Below the pieces are notes generated by a model. That model was not told the origin of the DNA. It ran no database searches and saw only the letters and a list, made by a program, of their open reading frames with translations. A DNA stretch of 64,000 bases, taken from Bacteroidota bacterium (GTDB taxonomy: Bacteria > Bacteroidota > Bacteroidia > Chitinophagales > LD1). Below are positions 8,881 to 17,501 of this stretch, piece by piece; position 1 is the stretch's first letter, and each line of letters begins with the position of its first letter. The stretch spans positions 20,287 to 84,286 of the forward strand of contig JADJZU010000012.1 in NCBI GenBank assembly GCA_016715625.1. The letters run 5' to 3'. A program made the position numbers and the translations under genes.

Positions 8881-10443
8881 CTAATAGGTGCGCTCCAATA
8901 CAAACCAGCTAAATGCACGAAGATTCAGCTTTACCATGCTATCGCGCAACAGCGGGTCGACTTTTTTCCAAGCCCTTTCTAAAATACTTTTGGCTTCGCG
9001 CTCGCACAGTTCTATCACCTTATACTTGTCCAGGAGTGCTACCGCCTCTGTTAGTAAAGCAATGTCATTCGTTTTCATACTCACAATTTGCCAGAGCCGC
9101 GCGCGGTCTTTCTTATTGAGCATAGACATGGCTTTGGCAATGGGATAAGTAATTTTACCTGCAGTAATGTCCTCCGCTTTTGTTTTCAGATGATCTTTGA
9201 ACCCTTTCAGGTTTAATGTATCGTCTATAATCTGGAAAGAAATGCCCAATGCTTCAAAATACTCCCCCATGGCATTTTGCTGTTCCTTAGTACCGGTTCC
9301 CAGCAGTACGCCTATGCGTGCCAAATAACTTGCCGGTGCAGCAGATTTCAGGCGATGGGTAGCAATCACCCGCACTGGTAATTGTTTTGCTACTTTATCA
9401 TCCAACAAAGCCTGTGGCATCATATAATCCAGCCCATAAATATCCATAGCCTGGCCACTATGTGAAGCGCGCATAGCTTCAAAGTAGCAGTTGTAGATTT
9501 CTACCTTTTCTTCAAAAGATTTATCAACGTTATAAATACAATACTGGCCAATGAAATAGGCCGCTGTTCCGCTGTTGATGGCAATGGCATCCCCGTGTAC
9601 GGTGTGAGCCGATGGCCCTCCACGCCTCACCACCGATTTATCCTGCACATCATCCACCATCAAAGAGCCCACGTGCATTAACTCGGGCAGCGCCAGCCAG
9701 TCTATCGCAATTTGAGAATCGCCACCCACTGCATCGCAGCAAGCAATAGTGGCATAGCTTCTCCAACTCTTACCGCCCCGGTCAGTAATCTCGCGTATTG
9801 GTTTTATCAATTTGTCTACGTAGGCCTGCTTATCGAGCCCTTGTGTGAAATGTTTATTCCCTTTCTTGGAAACCAGTTCTTCAAACTTCTCCTGAGTGAG
9901 CGCCAGTGGCAAAATGTGATGCACCGATTGCAGTGTAGCCTTGGAAACAGCCTTCAAAAACTCCTTCATATTGTTGCTGTTCACAAACCCGTGGCGCTCA
10001 ATGTAGGCATGGCCGGTAATGGTCTTTCCTTTTTGTTTGCCACTGATGTTCATTCTCCCTTCCCAAAATGCCGGCTTTGAAATTACGGTAGCAAACTCCT
10101 GATTGGGGAAAGCAGCCTCGGCCTTTACCCGCAACCCAAACTCCGGAGCGTCTAATTCCCACATTGTAGGATACTCGTTAAAAGTTCGTGTGCTGGTCCA
10201 GCTTGTGCCAATAGGTTTTAAGGAAAACTTTTGCGAATAGTGTCGCTTCCCTTTTTCGTCTATCCATATCACGAAGGAGCCGCAATCTTCTCCGGTTTTC
10301 AAATCTATTAAATCGTACGCTGTGAGTTCACTTCCGTTACTTAGCTGCATGGCAATCCAGTTCCACGACACATCTTTTTTCATGTCGTCTTTCTTACCTC
10401 CTCCTTTTGGCATGACATCCAAACTCGTGATCGTACCAGCCAC
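8881..10443 (-). CDS. C-terminal fragment of an AttH/CrtC-like::polyprenyl synthase fusion
   Basis: The track start is a GTG inside the overlap. The first ~170 aa continue the AttH-like domain (SWNWIAMQLSNGSELTAYDL…). The rest is a trans-isoprenyl diphosphate synthase with both Asp-rich motifs (LMVDDVQDKSVVRRG and FQIIDDTLNL). Confidence 0.8.
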   Translation of the reverse strand: MAGTITSLDVMPKGGGKKDDMKKDVSWNWIAMQLSNGSELTAYDLIDLKTGEDCGSFVIWIDEKGKRHYSQKFSLKPIGTSWTSTRTFNEYPTMWELDAPEFGLRVKAEAAFPNQEFATVISKPAFWEGRMNISGKQKGKTITGHAYIERHGFVNSNNMKEFLKAVSKATLQSVHHILPLALTQEKFEELVSKKGNKHFTQGLDKQAYVDKLIKPIREITDRGGKSWRSYATIACCDAVGGDSQIAIDWLALPELMHVGSLMVDDVQDKSVVRRGGPSAHTVHGDAIAINSGTAAYFIGQYCIYNVDKSFEEKVEIYNCYFEAMRASHSGQAMDIYGLDYMMPQALLDDKVAKQLPVRVIATHRLKSAAPASYLARIGVLLGTGTKEQQNAMGEYFEALGISFQIIDDTLNLKGFKDHLKTKAEDITAGKITYPIAKAMSMLNKKDRARLWQIVSMKTNDIALLTEAVALLDKYKVIELCEREAKSILERAWKKVDPLLRDSMVKLNLRAFSWFVLERTY

Positions 10444-11128
10444 TACCCTTTGTAATAGCCAGTTTTTCTTTTTTGATTTTTACGCTGCCGGTTACTTTGT
10501 TACGCGGTATAAAATAGTAGAACATATCCTCGGCACTTACCCCACGCACCACTCCATTATCGCCATGTCGTGTGGGTGGTTTTTGAGGGTAAAAGCGAAG
10601 GTCCGCAGACAGTTCCAGTTCCTGATGTTGCAAGTGCAGCACATAGGAACCATCTTTCATTTTCTTAAACGTGTTACCGTCATAGTCAAGCGAAAGCGTT
10701 TTTTTGGCAATGACAGGGGTCTTCCGGAGTAATTCATCGGGATAAGGCATCACCCCTTTGCTCAGCATTTCGATAGCCGCCCGTTTTATGTAAGGGTCTT
10801 TCACCAACTCTCCTTTTTTCAATCGCTCCAAGCCAAGCTTAGGAGCCCGTTTATCGACCAGTGAAACGGTATGATATTTCTTATTGTCTATGTCCGAAAT
10901 TCCCCAAATGACAGAATACGCGTAATCGGGTTTGTTTGTCTTCTTGTTAAACGAAATAGCATGCACAAAAAAGGAAGCAAAGAGCGATAGCTTTCTTCCA
11001 CCTTTTGCTTCCAGATGCGTATTCATATACCACCACTCTGTACTGGAGGAAGCATGAGGCAAATCGTGTATGTTTAAATCAATGGGGCCGTCTTTGGGCC
11101 AATCGGCTGCGAAAAATTTTTCTGCCAC
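10394..11128 (-). CDS. N-terminal fragment of the same fusion: AttH / carotenoid-1,2-hydratase (CrtC)-like lipocalin domain
   Basis: …HASSSTEWWYMNTHLEAKGGRKLSLFASFF… and …GSGWYDHEFG are typical of AttH/CrtC-type domains. The ORF ends 10 codons after the latter motif, inside a 50-nt overlap with the next ORF in another frame. Confidence 0.7.
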   Translation of the reverse strand: MAEKFFAADWPKDGPIDLNIHDLPHASSSTEWWYMNTHLEAKGGRKLSLFASFFVHAISFNKKTNKPDYAYSVIWGISDIDNKKYHTVSLVDKRAPKLGLERLKKGELVKDPYIKRAAIEMLSKGVMPYPDELLRKTPVIAKKTLSLDYDGNTFKKMKDGSYVLHLQHQELELSADLRFYPQKPPTRHGDNGVVRGVSAEDMFYYFIPRNKVTGSVKIKKEKLAITKGSGWYDHEFGCHAKRRR

Positions 11129-11213
11129 GGGAAAGTTGTTAGATAGTAAAATGAGCCGCGATGATAAGAATAAAAGAATGTTGCAACGCTGATTGTACTC
11201 ACTTCACGTCCCA

Positions 11214-11972
11214 TCACTTTTTACATTCAATCATCCAGTCCCAGGGGTAGGGTTCTTGCATCCAGGAAGGTGGAGCCTGAAATTCGGTGGTCCAGGGGTA
11301 TTCCAGCTTTTCGATAGAGGTTACTTGAAAGCCGGCCTCGGCAAAGAGGCTAAGTAATTCCACGTGCAGATAATGTTTGGTTGGTTCCATGTCAATTCGA
11401 ATCAGCCCTTGCACCATTTCCAACTTAGATTTAGGAATATGTAAAAAATCGCTGTTCGAAATCTCTTCAGGCTTGGTGCCATCCTTACCATACCAATCAA
11501 TAAGGCGCTGTGTGGCAAAAATGCCAGACTCCAGCGAAGGCACTACAAAAACAGCATGGCCACCGGGCTTGAGTGTTTTGTAAATATTGGCGATGATCGC
11601 TTTGTTCTTATCCAGGGCAGGAAGCATTACCACATTAACACACACCGCAAAATCACAGGCCGGCAATTGCAGCTTTTTTCGGGATAGATCCATTCGCTTA
11701 AGCGATACATTCGCGTAGTTGTTTGCCTTCTTTAAGGCCGTAGAAGTTTGAATACAAACCTGCGATATGTCGAGTGCCAAAACTTTCTTAAACCCCGGGG
11801 AAAGAATGGAGAACGCTTTGCCTACACCACACCCAAAATCAATGGCTATATGATTTTTATTGGTGTGTTTTTGAAGATACTTCTGTAGTACCGCCCCCTT
11901 GTTGGTAGCATATACGTCAAAAATTTCGGACTCATAATTTACAGCAACTTTGTTCCAGTAGTTAATATCCAT
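11214..11972 (-). CDS. class I SAM-dependent methyltransferase
   Basis: 252 aa. Motif I is IDFGCGVGK, with a post-I acidic residue (LALDIS). Confidence 0.8.
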   Translation of the reverse strand: MDINYWNKVAVNYESEIFDVYATNKGAVLQKYLQKHTNKNHIAIDFGCGVGKAFSILSPGFKKVLALDISQVCIQTSTALKKANNYANVSLKRMDLSRKKLQLPACDFAVCVNVVMLPALDKNKAIIANIYKTLKPGGHAVFVVPSLESGIFATQRLIDWYGKDGTKPEEISNSDFLHIPKSKLEMVQGLIRIDMEPTKHYLHVELLSLFAEAGFQVTSIEKLEYPWTTEFQAPPSWMQEPYPWDWMIECKK

Positions 11973-11997
11973 GCGGGGGCTTATGTGTTTTATGCGC

Positions 11998-13356
11998 TTA
12001 AATAATTTCCATATATCGCTTCAATTCCCAATCCGTCACCACTCTGGAGAACTGCCTCCACTCCCACTCCCGTGTTTGCGTAAAATGTTGAACAAATTGG
12101 GCTCCAAACAACTCGTTGGCAATTTTTGAATCGCGCATAGCAAGGGTAGCATCATGCAGATTCTTAGGAAAGCGTCCGTTACTTTCGTCCCGGTATCCGT
12201 TGCCCAAAGTAGCGGGTTGCTTTAAGCTCAAATTCTTTTTAATGCCATACAGTCCGGCTGCTAAACAAGCGGCCATCGCCAGATAAGGATTAGAATCGCT
12301 ACCCACAACTCTGGTTTCTAAACGAGAAGACTTGCTGCCACCTGGCAAAGCACGCAGCGCTACCGTTCTGTTGTCTACGCTCCAGGTAACGGTAGTAGGC
12401 GCCCAGGCTCCTTCTACCAATCGCTTGTAAGAGTTGATAGTGGGTGCCACCATTGGCAAAATTTCGGGCAGGCATAGCAACTGCCCGGCCAGATAGCTTT
12501 TAAACAAGGTGCTCATCTTATTTTTATCCTTCTCGTCATGAAAAAGATTTTTGGTTGATTTTTTGTCCCACAAGCTCTGATGCACATGCCCCGAACAACC
12601 CGGCAGATTCTCCGAAATTTTAGCCATAAAAGTGGCTATAATCCCATGCTTGTAGGCAATCTCCTTAGCTGCGGTTTTAAACAATACCGCCCGGTCCGCA
12701 GCAAGCAGTGGAGCGGAGTAGGTGATAGCGGCTTCGTATACTCCGGGACCCGTTTCGGTATGCAACCCTTCAAGCGGCACATCAAACTTCTTCATACCAT
12801 CAAACAGCGCATTGAAAAAATCATTACGGTAAGTGCTGCGTAGAATAGAATAGCCAAACATACCGGGCGTAAGTGGACTCAGTTGAGTATAATTTTTCTG
12901 TTGAAGGGTTTGGGGTGTTTCTTCAAAGTTGAACCATTCAAACTCTTGACTGAAATAAGGAGCAAAACCTGCTTTATCGGCCTGTGCGAGTATCGTTTTC
13001 AAAAGCTGCCGGGGGCACACATGCAAGGGCTCTGTTTTTTTGTTTACAAAATCACCTAAAAAAAACGGTACATCATTCTCCCATGGAATTTTGCGGAACG
13101 TGCTAATATCTATTCGGGCCTTCGCATCGGGGTATCCGGTATGCCAGCCGGTATAGGTGGTATTGTCGTAGGCTATATCACCGGCATCCCAGCCAAAAAC
13201 AACATCGCAAAATCCAAAATCGGCATCCACCACAGACAAAAACTTTTCGGCACTCATATACTTACCGCGCAGCACTCCATCTATATCGGTTACAGCCACT
13301 TTTACTTTTTGTGATGGATGATTTTTTACGTAGTCCAGAATTTGTTTGTTGGTCAT
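11998..13356 (-). CDS. glutamine-synthetase-family gamma-glutamyl-amine ligase (PuuA/GlnA-like)
   Basis: 452 aa. GS motifs QEFEWFNF, HTETGPGVYE, GCSGHVHQSLW, NSYKRL and RLETRVVGSDSNPYL are present. Confidence 0.85.
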   Translation of the reverse strand: MTNKQILDYVKNHPSQKVKVAVTDIDGVLRGKYMSAEKFLSVVDADFGFCDVVFGWDAGDIAYDNTTYTGWHTGYPDAKARIDISTFRKIPWENDVPFFLGDFVNKKTEPLHVCPRQLLKTILAQADKAGFAPYFSQEFEWFNFEETPQTLQQKNYTQLSPLTPGMFGYSILRSTYRNDFFNALFDGMKKFDVPLEGLHTETGPGVYEAAITYSAPLLAADRAVLFKTAAKEIAYKHGIIATFMAKISENLPGCSGHVHQSLWDKKSTKNLFHDEKDKNKMSTLFKSYLAGQLLCLPEILPMVAPTINSYKRLVEGAWAPTTVTWSVDNRTVALRALPGGSKSSRLETRVVGSDSNPYLAMAACLAAGLYGIKKNLSLKQPATLGNGYRDESNGRFPKNLHDATLAMRDSKIANELFGAQFVQHFTQTREWEWRQFSRVVTDWELKRYMEII

Positions 13357-13427
13357 GATATATGTCGGGTTGATGATGAGCGAATATGCGATGAAAAAGG
13401 AAATAGTGAATGGAAGCTACCGTTCAT

Positions 13428-14522
13428 TTATCGGTTCAGGAGTTTAAATAAAACGAAACTCAGCACCATTACTCCAAAAAAAACGGCTGCTAAAAATGTG
13501 TTGTAATACGTCATGGCTAAGAGCGCTACTGATGCAATAACCAGCGCAATAATTGGAAAGTACGGAAAGAAGGGAACACGAAACGGGCGCTCCATATCGG
13601 GTTCTGTTTTGCGAAGCCGGAGAATAGCCAAGCAAGAAAATATGTATAAACAGATAGCGCCAAATACGGATACCGTAATAATATCTGCAGAGCGACCGGT
13701 GAACAACACGGCTATGCCGATAAGCATATTCAAAATCAAAGCCCAATGCGGTGTTTGAAAACGAGGATGCACTTGACCAAAAAGGACAGGAAAATGCTTT
13801 GTTCTGCCAAATTCATAGGTTGTTCGCCCTGCGGCTAACAATAGGCCATTGAAGGATGCCACAAATCCGAAAAGGCCAATGCTCACCAGCAAATGATACA
13901 TCACTCCACTATTTCCGGTAATCTGAGCCAGAGCGGCCGGCAAAGGCGAATCACCAATTTTTGCCTGACTTACATTCTCCCAACCACCCACCCCTACAGC
14001 GGCAAACAAGGTAACAAAAGCCAGTATGCCTAAAGTGGCCATACTGTAAGCAAAACCCTTTGTAATGTTTTTTTGTGGCTCTATCGTTTCCTCCGCCACA
14101 TTTGCCAAACCCTCCATACCCAGAAAAAACCAGATGGCAAAAGGGATTGCAGCAAAAATACCCTCTACCCCATTCGGCAAGGGGTTCACTCTCATATTAT
14201 CTAAATGAAAGTGGGGAAGCGTGAGTGCAGCGAACAGACTCAGTTCTGCCACGGCAATGATTGTAATAATGAGCTCAAAGGTGGCCGATATCTTGACTCC
14301 TAAAATATTGACCGTAGTAAAAAGAAAGTAAGCAATAACGGCAAACCAAAGTGCATCCACCCCGGCATCAACAAATGAAAATAAGAACCAATACCCAGAG
14401 CGATGGCGGGCGGAGCAAATACAAACTCTATCCATTGTGCCATGCCGGCCACAAATCCAAGGTCTTTGCCATAAGCACGACTCACATAATCGAACACACC
14501 ACCCGCCTTTGGAATAGCACAT
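13428..14522 (-). CDS. APC-family amine permease (ethanolamine-permease-like), C-terminal fragment
   Basis: Only the part from about 14375 downward looks like real permease sequence (…FVDAGVDALWFAVIAYFLFTTVNILGVK… plus about eight further TM spans). The first ~45 residues of the track ORF are out-of-frame read-through. Confidence 0.75.
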   Translation of the reverse strand: MCYSKGGWCVRLCESCLWQRPWICGRHGTMDRVCICSARHRSGYWFLFSFVDAGVDALWFAVIAYFLFTTVNILGVKISATFELIITIIAVAELSLFAALTLPHFHLDNMRVNPLPNGVEGIFAAIPFAIWFFLGMEGLANVAEETIEPQKNITKGFAYSMATLGILAFVTLFAAVGVGGWENVSQAKIGDSPLPAALAQITGNSGVMYHLLVSIGLFGFVASFNGLLLAAGRTTYEFGRTKHFPVLFGQVHPRFQTPHWALILNMLIGIAVLFTGRSADIITVSVFGAICLYIFSCLAILRLRKTEPDMERPFRVPFFPYFPIIALVIASVALLAMTYYNTFLAAVFFGVMVLSFVLFKLLNR

Positions 14523-14722
14523 GCCAGCTCGGAATAGGACAGTGAAAAGGTGATATACATGATTAAGATAAACACCGTAGCAATACCGAGCCCAAGTGTT
14601 CCGCCTTTATCCAAGCCTATATTCCAACCAAAATACATACCGCTGATAACATAGCCCACGCCCAAGCCCCACAACATGAGCGGAGTAAGCGTTTTTTGAA
14701 GCGCATTGCTGTTTTTCTCCAT
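14300..14722 (-). CDS. APC-family amine permease, N-terminal fragment
   Basis: MEKNSNALQKTLTPLMLWGLGVGYVISGMYFGWNIGL…KAGGVFDYVSRAYG matches the ethanolamine-permease-type N-terminus as I recall it. The frame is lost near 14373-14375. Confidence 0.75.
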   Translation of the reverse strand: MEKNSNALQKTLTPLMLWGLGVGYVISGMYFGWNIGLDKGGTLGLGIATVFILIMYITFSLSYSELACAIPKAGGVFDYVSRAYGKDLGFVAGMAQWIEFVFAPPAIALGIGSYFHLLMPGWMHFGLPLLLTFFLLRSIF

Positions 14723-14733
14723 AAGCGCAAGGT

Positions 14734-14745
14734 GGAAATATTTCC
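14734..14745. promoter_or_regulatory. perfect 12-bp palindrome GGAAATATTTCC between the divergent permease and ALDH genes
   Basis: Read directly from the sequence. It begins 12 nt upstream of the permease ATG (14722) and lies 59 nt upstream of the ALDH ATG (14804). Confidence 0.35.
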
Positions 14746-14803
14746 CGAAAATTGTTGTTATTCGTGCTTATCAATTATCTTCAACGTCCTAAATCGAAAT
14801 ATT

Positions 14804-16255
14804 ATGCAAGCCACCGCTAACGAAATTCAAAACCTGCATATTCCTATTACCCCGAATACCAAACTCGAGGAAATTCTGCGCATTTACAATGCACAACAGA
14901 AAAACCTGCTGACATTAAAAAACACTTCGATAGATGAGCGGCTGAAAAAAATTAAAGCCCTGGAGAAAGTGGTGCTCGCCAACCGAAAAAAAATTCAGGA
15001 GGCTTTGTTCAACGATTTCAAAAAAGGTGCTTTGCAAACCGATTTCAGCGAGATATATCCTGTAGTGGCGGAGGCCCGCTTATACAAAAACAAACTCCAC
15101 GAATGGGCTGCCACGCTGGAGGTGGATACACCACTTAGCTTTGTAGGTTCCAACGCTAAAATTGTATATGAACCCAAAGGGCGAGTGCTCATTCTTACGC
15201 CCTGGAACTACCCTTTTCAAATTCCGCTTAAAAACATGATTGCGGCAGTAGCTGCCGGTAATGCAGTCATTATAAAACCCAGCGAGTTTACTCCGCATAC
15301 GGCTGAAATGGTGGCGGAAATAGTGAAACAAGTATTTAGCGAAAATGAAGTAGCCGTAATTACAGGCGACCACTCTGTTTCACAGGAATTGCTGAACCTC
15401 CGCTTCGACCATATTCACTTTACAGGCAGCCCGGCTATCGGCAAAGTAATTATGAAAAAAGCAGCAGAAACTTTGACAGCCGTTACGCTCGAACTCGGAG
15501 GTAAATCACCCACTATTATTGACGAAACAGCCAACCTGAAAAAAGCAGCTCGTAATCTTATTTGGGCCAAATACCTGAACAGCGGACAAACATGCATCGC
15601 CTCTGATTATATCTACATCCACGCCAGTAAAAAGGACGAGTTCATTCAACAAATGAAAGAGCAAACCCAGAAAGCTTTTGGCCATAATCCGCAGCAAACC
15701 GATGCCTATTGCCGCATTGTAAATGCTAAACATTTTGCACGCGTAAAACGATTGCTGGATGATGCTGTAGCCAAAGGGGCTAAGATCGAAGACGGAGGGA
15801 AAAGCGATGCCAGCGATAACTATTTTGGACCTACCCTGCTCACCAACATTACAGAGGACATGGCACTGATGCAGGAAGAAATTTTTGGACCGGTTCTGCC
15901 TGTGCTCACCTATACCGATATTGATGAGGTAATTGCCTACATCAACAAAAACGAGAAGCCGCTTGCACTGTATATCTACAGCACCAAAAACAAAAACCAG
16001 GAGTATATCATCAACAATACCAGTTCGGGCGCAGTGGGTATTAATGAATCGCTGATTCAAAACAGCCACCCTGAACTTCCCTTTGGTGGAGTCAACAACT
16101 CCGGTATTGGCAAAAGCCACGGCCATTGGGGTTTTAAAGAGTTCAGCAACGAAAAACCGGTGGTAAAAGCATGGAACGCCCCAAGCGATTTATTGACACC
16201 TCCATTCGGCAAACTAAACCAAACGATAGTGGATGCCATGCTGAAGTTTTTATAA
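14804..16255 (+). CDS. aldehyde dehydrogenase (class-3-like)
   Basis: The start is taken at ATG 14804 (MQATANEIQ), because the track start at 14696 overlaps the permease gene. Catalytic motifs LELGGKSP and NSGQTCIASDY are present. Confidence 0.85.
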   Translation: MQATANEIQNLHIPITPNTKLEEILRIYNAQQKNLLTLKNTSIDERLKKIKALEKVVLANRKKIQEALFNDFKKGALQTDFSEIYPVVAEARLYKNKLHEWAATLEVDTPLSFVGSNAKIVYEPKGRVLILTPWNYPFQIPLKNMIAAVAAGNAVIIKPSEFTPHTAEMVAEIVKQVFSENEVAVITGDHSVSQELLNLRFDHIHFTGSPAIGKVIMKKAAETLTAVTLELGGKSPTIIDETANLKKAARNLIWAKYLNSGQTCIASDYIYIHASKKDEFIQQMKEQTQKAFGHNPQQTDAYCRIVNAKHFARVKRLLDDAVAKGAKIEDGGKSDASDNYFGPTLLTNITEDMALMQEEIFGPVLPVLTYTDIDEVIAYINKNEKPLALYIYSTKNKNQEYIINNTSSGAVGINESLIQNSHPELPFGGVNNSGIGKSHGHWGFKEFSNEKPVVKAWNAPSDLLTPPFGKLNQTIVDAMLKFL

Positions 16256-16296
16256 TCGCAGCTACTTATCAATCACACCCATCGTAAATCAAAAGC

Positions 16297-16770
16297 ATGA
16301 ATAAGAATTTTTTATCTGCATTTCTCATCGTAGCTGTTTTCGCGGCTGCAGTACTCAACAGTTGTAAAAAAGACGAAGACTCGTTACCGCTGGAGCCTAT
16401 CACAGTTTTGCTTCCGGATACGGCCATCACCCGATTATTTCCGGGCGATTCGCTGCCTATAAAAATCCAATTCACTACCGATCGCCCCATTAACTGGATA
16501 CTGGGGAAATACGATATTGATTCTGTAGATGTGGCTTATACCGCTACCTATCCTGATACGTTATTTTCAGTAAAGCTAGATACCATCGACCCGCGCGTTA
16601 ACCTATATGAATGGAGTGGAGTGTATTTTGTGCCTGATACGTTGGATCCATATGATGTAGTTCGTTTTCGAGTATCCTTCGAAGCCGGCAAATCTACATT
16701 CACCACCGGACAAAATTATCCGGCCGGCATAGTAAGTGCCAGCAAAGAGTTCAGGATTGATGTGCGCTAA
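16297..16770 (+). CDS. hypothetical lipoprotein
   Basis: The signal peptide has a lipobox (…AAAVLNSC|KKDEDS). 157 aa. No family recognised. Confidence 0.6.
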   Translation: MNKNFLSAFLIVAVFAAAVLNSCKKDEDSLPLEPITVLLPDTAITRLFPGDSLPIKIQFTTDRPINWILGKYDIDSVDVAYTATYPDTLFSVKLDTIDPRVNLYEWSGVYFVPDTLDPYDVVRFRVSFEAGKSTFTTGQNYPAGIVSASKEFRIDVR

Positions 16771-16792
16771 TTCTCCGGCAATTCGATAACCG

Positions 16793-16830
16793 AAAAGCTT
16801 CTGAGCAAAATCAAACTCAGAAGCTTTTTC
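16793..16830 (+). terminator. Rho-independent terminator after the lipoprotein gene
   Basis: aaaagcttctgag (16793-16805), a 10-nt loop, ctcagaagctttt (16816-16828), then a T-rich tail. Confidence 0.7.
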
Positions 16831-16862
16831 ATTTTGTAGCTTTGCTATCAAATATTTGAGCC

Positions 16863-17501
16863 ATGCCCATTTCGCAAGACTTGCACCACCACAGGCGCAA
16901 CTACACCAAACATGAATTGACCGAACATAAAATTTCGCCCAACCCCTATGAGCAATTTGGATGGTGGCTACAGGATGCCGGAGAGGCAAAAATTATGGAG
17001 CCCAACGCCATGACCCTTTCTACTGCTACGAAAGAAGGACATCCCTCTTCAAGGATTGTATTACTAAAAGCATTTAATGAAAATGGGTTTGTATTTTACA
17101 CGAACTACCACAGCCGAAAAGGAAAAGAAATTTCAGAAAATCCTTATGCGGCACTCCTGTTCTTTTGGGATGATTTAGAACGACAGGTGCGCATAGAAGG
17201 CACACTTGAAAAAGTGGAGGCGCATTTATCGGAAAAGTATTTTTCTGAGAGACCTTACGAGAGCAGGCTGAGTGCAATTGTAAGCGAACAGAGCGAGGAA
17301 ATTCCTTCGCGCGAATATCTGGAGGACAAATTAGAAGAGCTGAAAAAAGCCGGAGAAACTAAGCGCCCCGAAAACTGGGGGGGCGATGTATTGAAAGCTG
17401 ACTACTTTGAATTTTGGCAAGGCAGAGCTAGCCGCCTTCACGACCGTATAGTGTATGAAAAGGAGCAAGGCGCCTGGAAAATCAAACGCCTTGCCCCTTA
17501 A
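16863..17501 (+). CDS. pdxH: pyridoxamine 5'-phosphate oxidase
   Basis: 212 aa. …SRIVLLKAFNENGFVFYTNYHSRKG… and the C-terminal FWQGRASRLHDRIVY…WKIKRLAP are classic PdxH sequence. Confidence 0.9.
   Translation: MPISQDLHHHRRNYTKHELTEHKISPNPYEQFGWWLQDAGEAKIMEPNAMTLSTATKEGHPSSRIVLLKAFNENGFVFYTNYHSRKGKEISENPYAALLFFWDDLERQVRIEGTLEKVEAHLSEKYFSERPYESRLSAIVSEQSEEIPSREYLEDKLEELKKAGETKRPENWGGDVLKADYFEFWQGRASRLHDRIVYEKEQGAWKIKRLAP

Noticed and set aside
15506-16126. 206-aa minus-strand ORF
   Set aside because: It is antisense to the aldehyde dehydrogenase gene and has no motifs.
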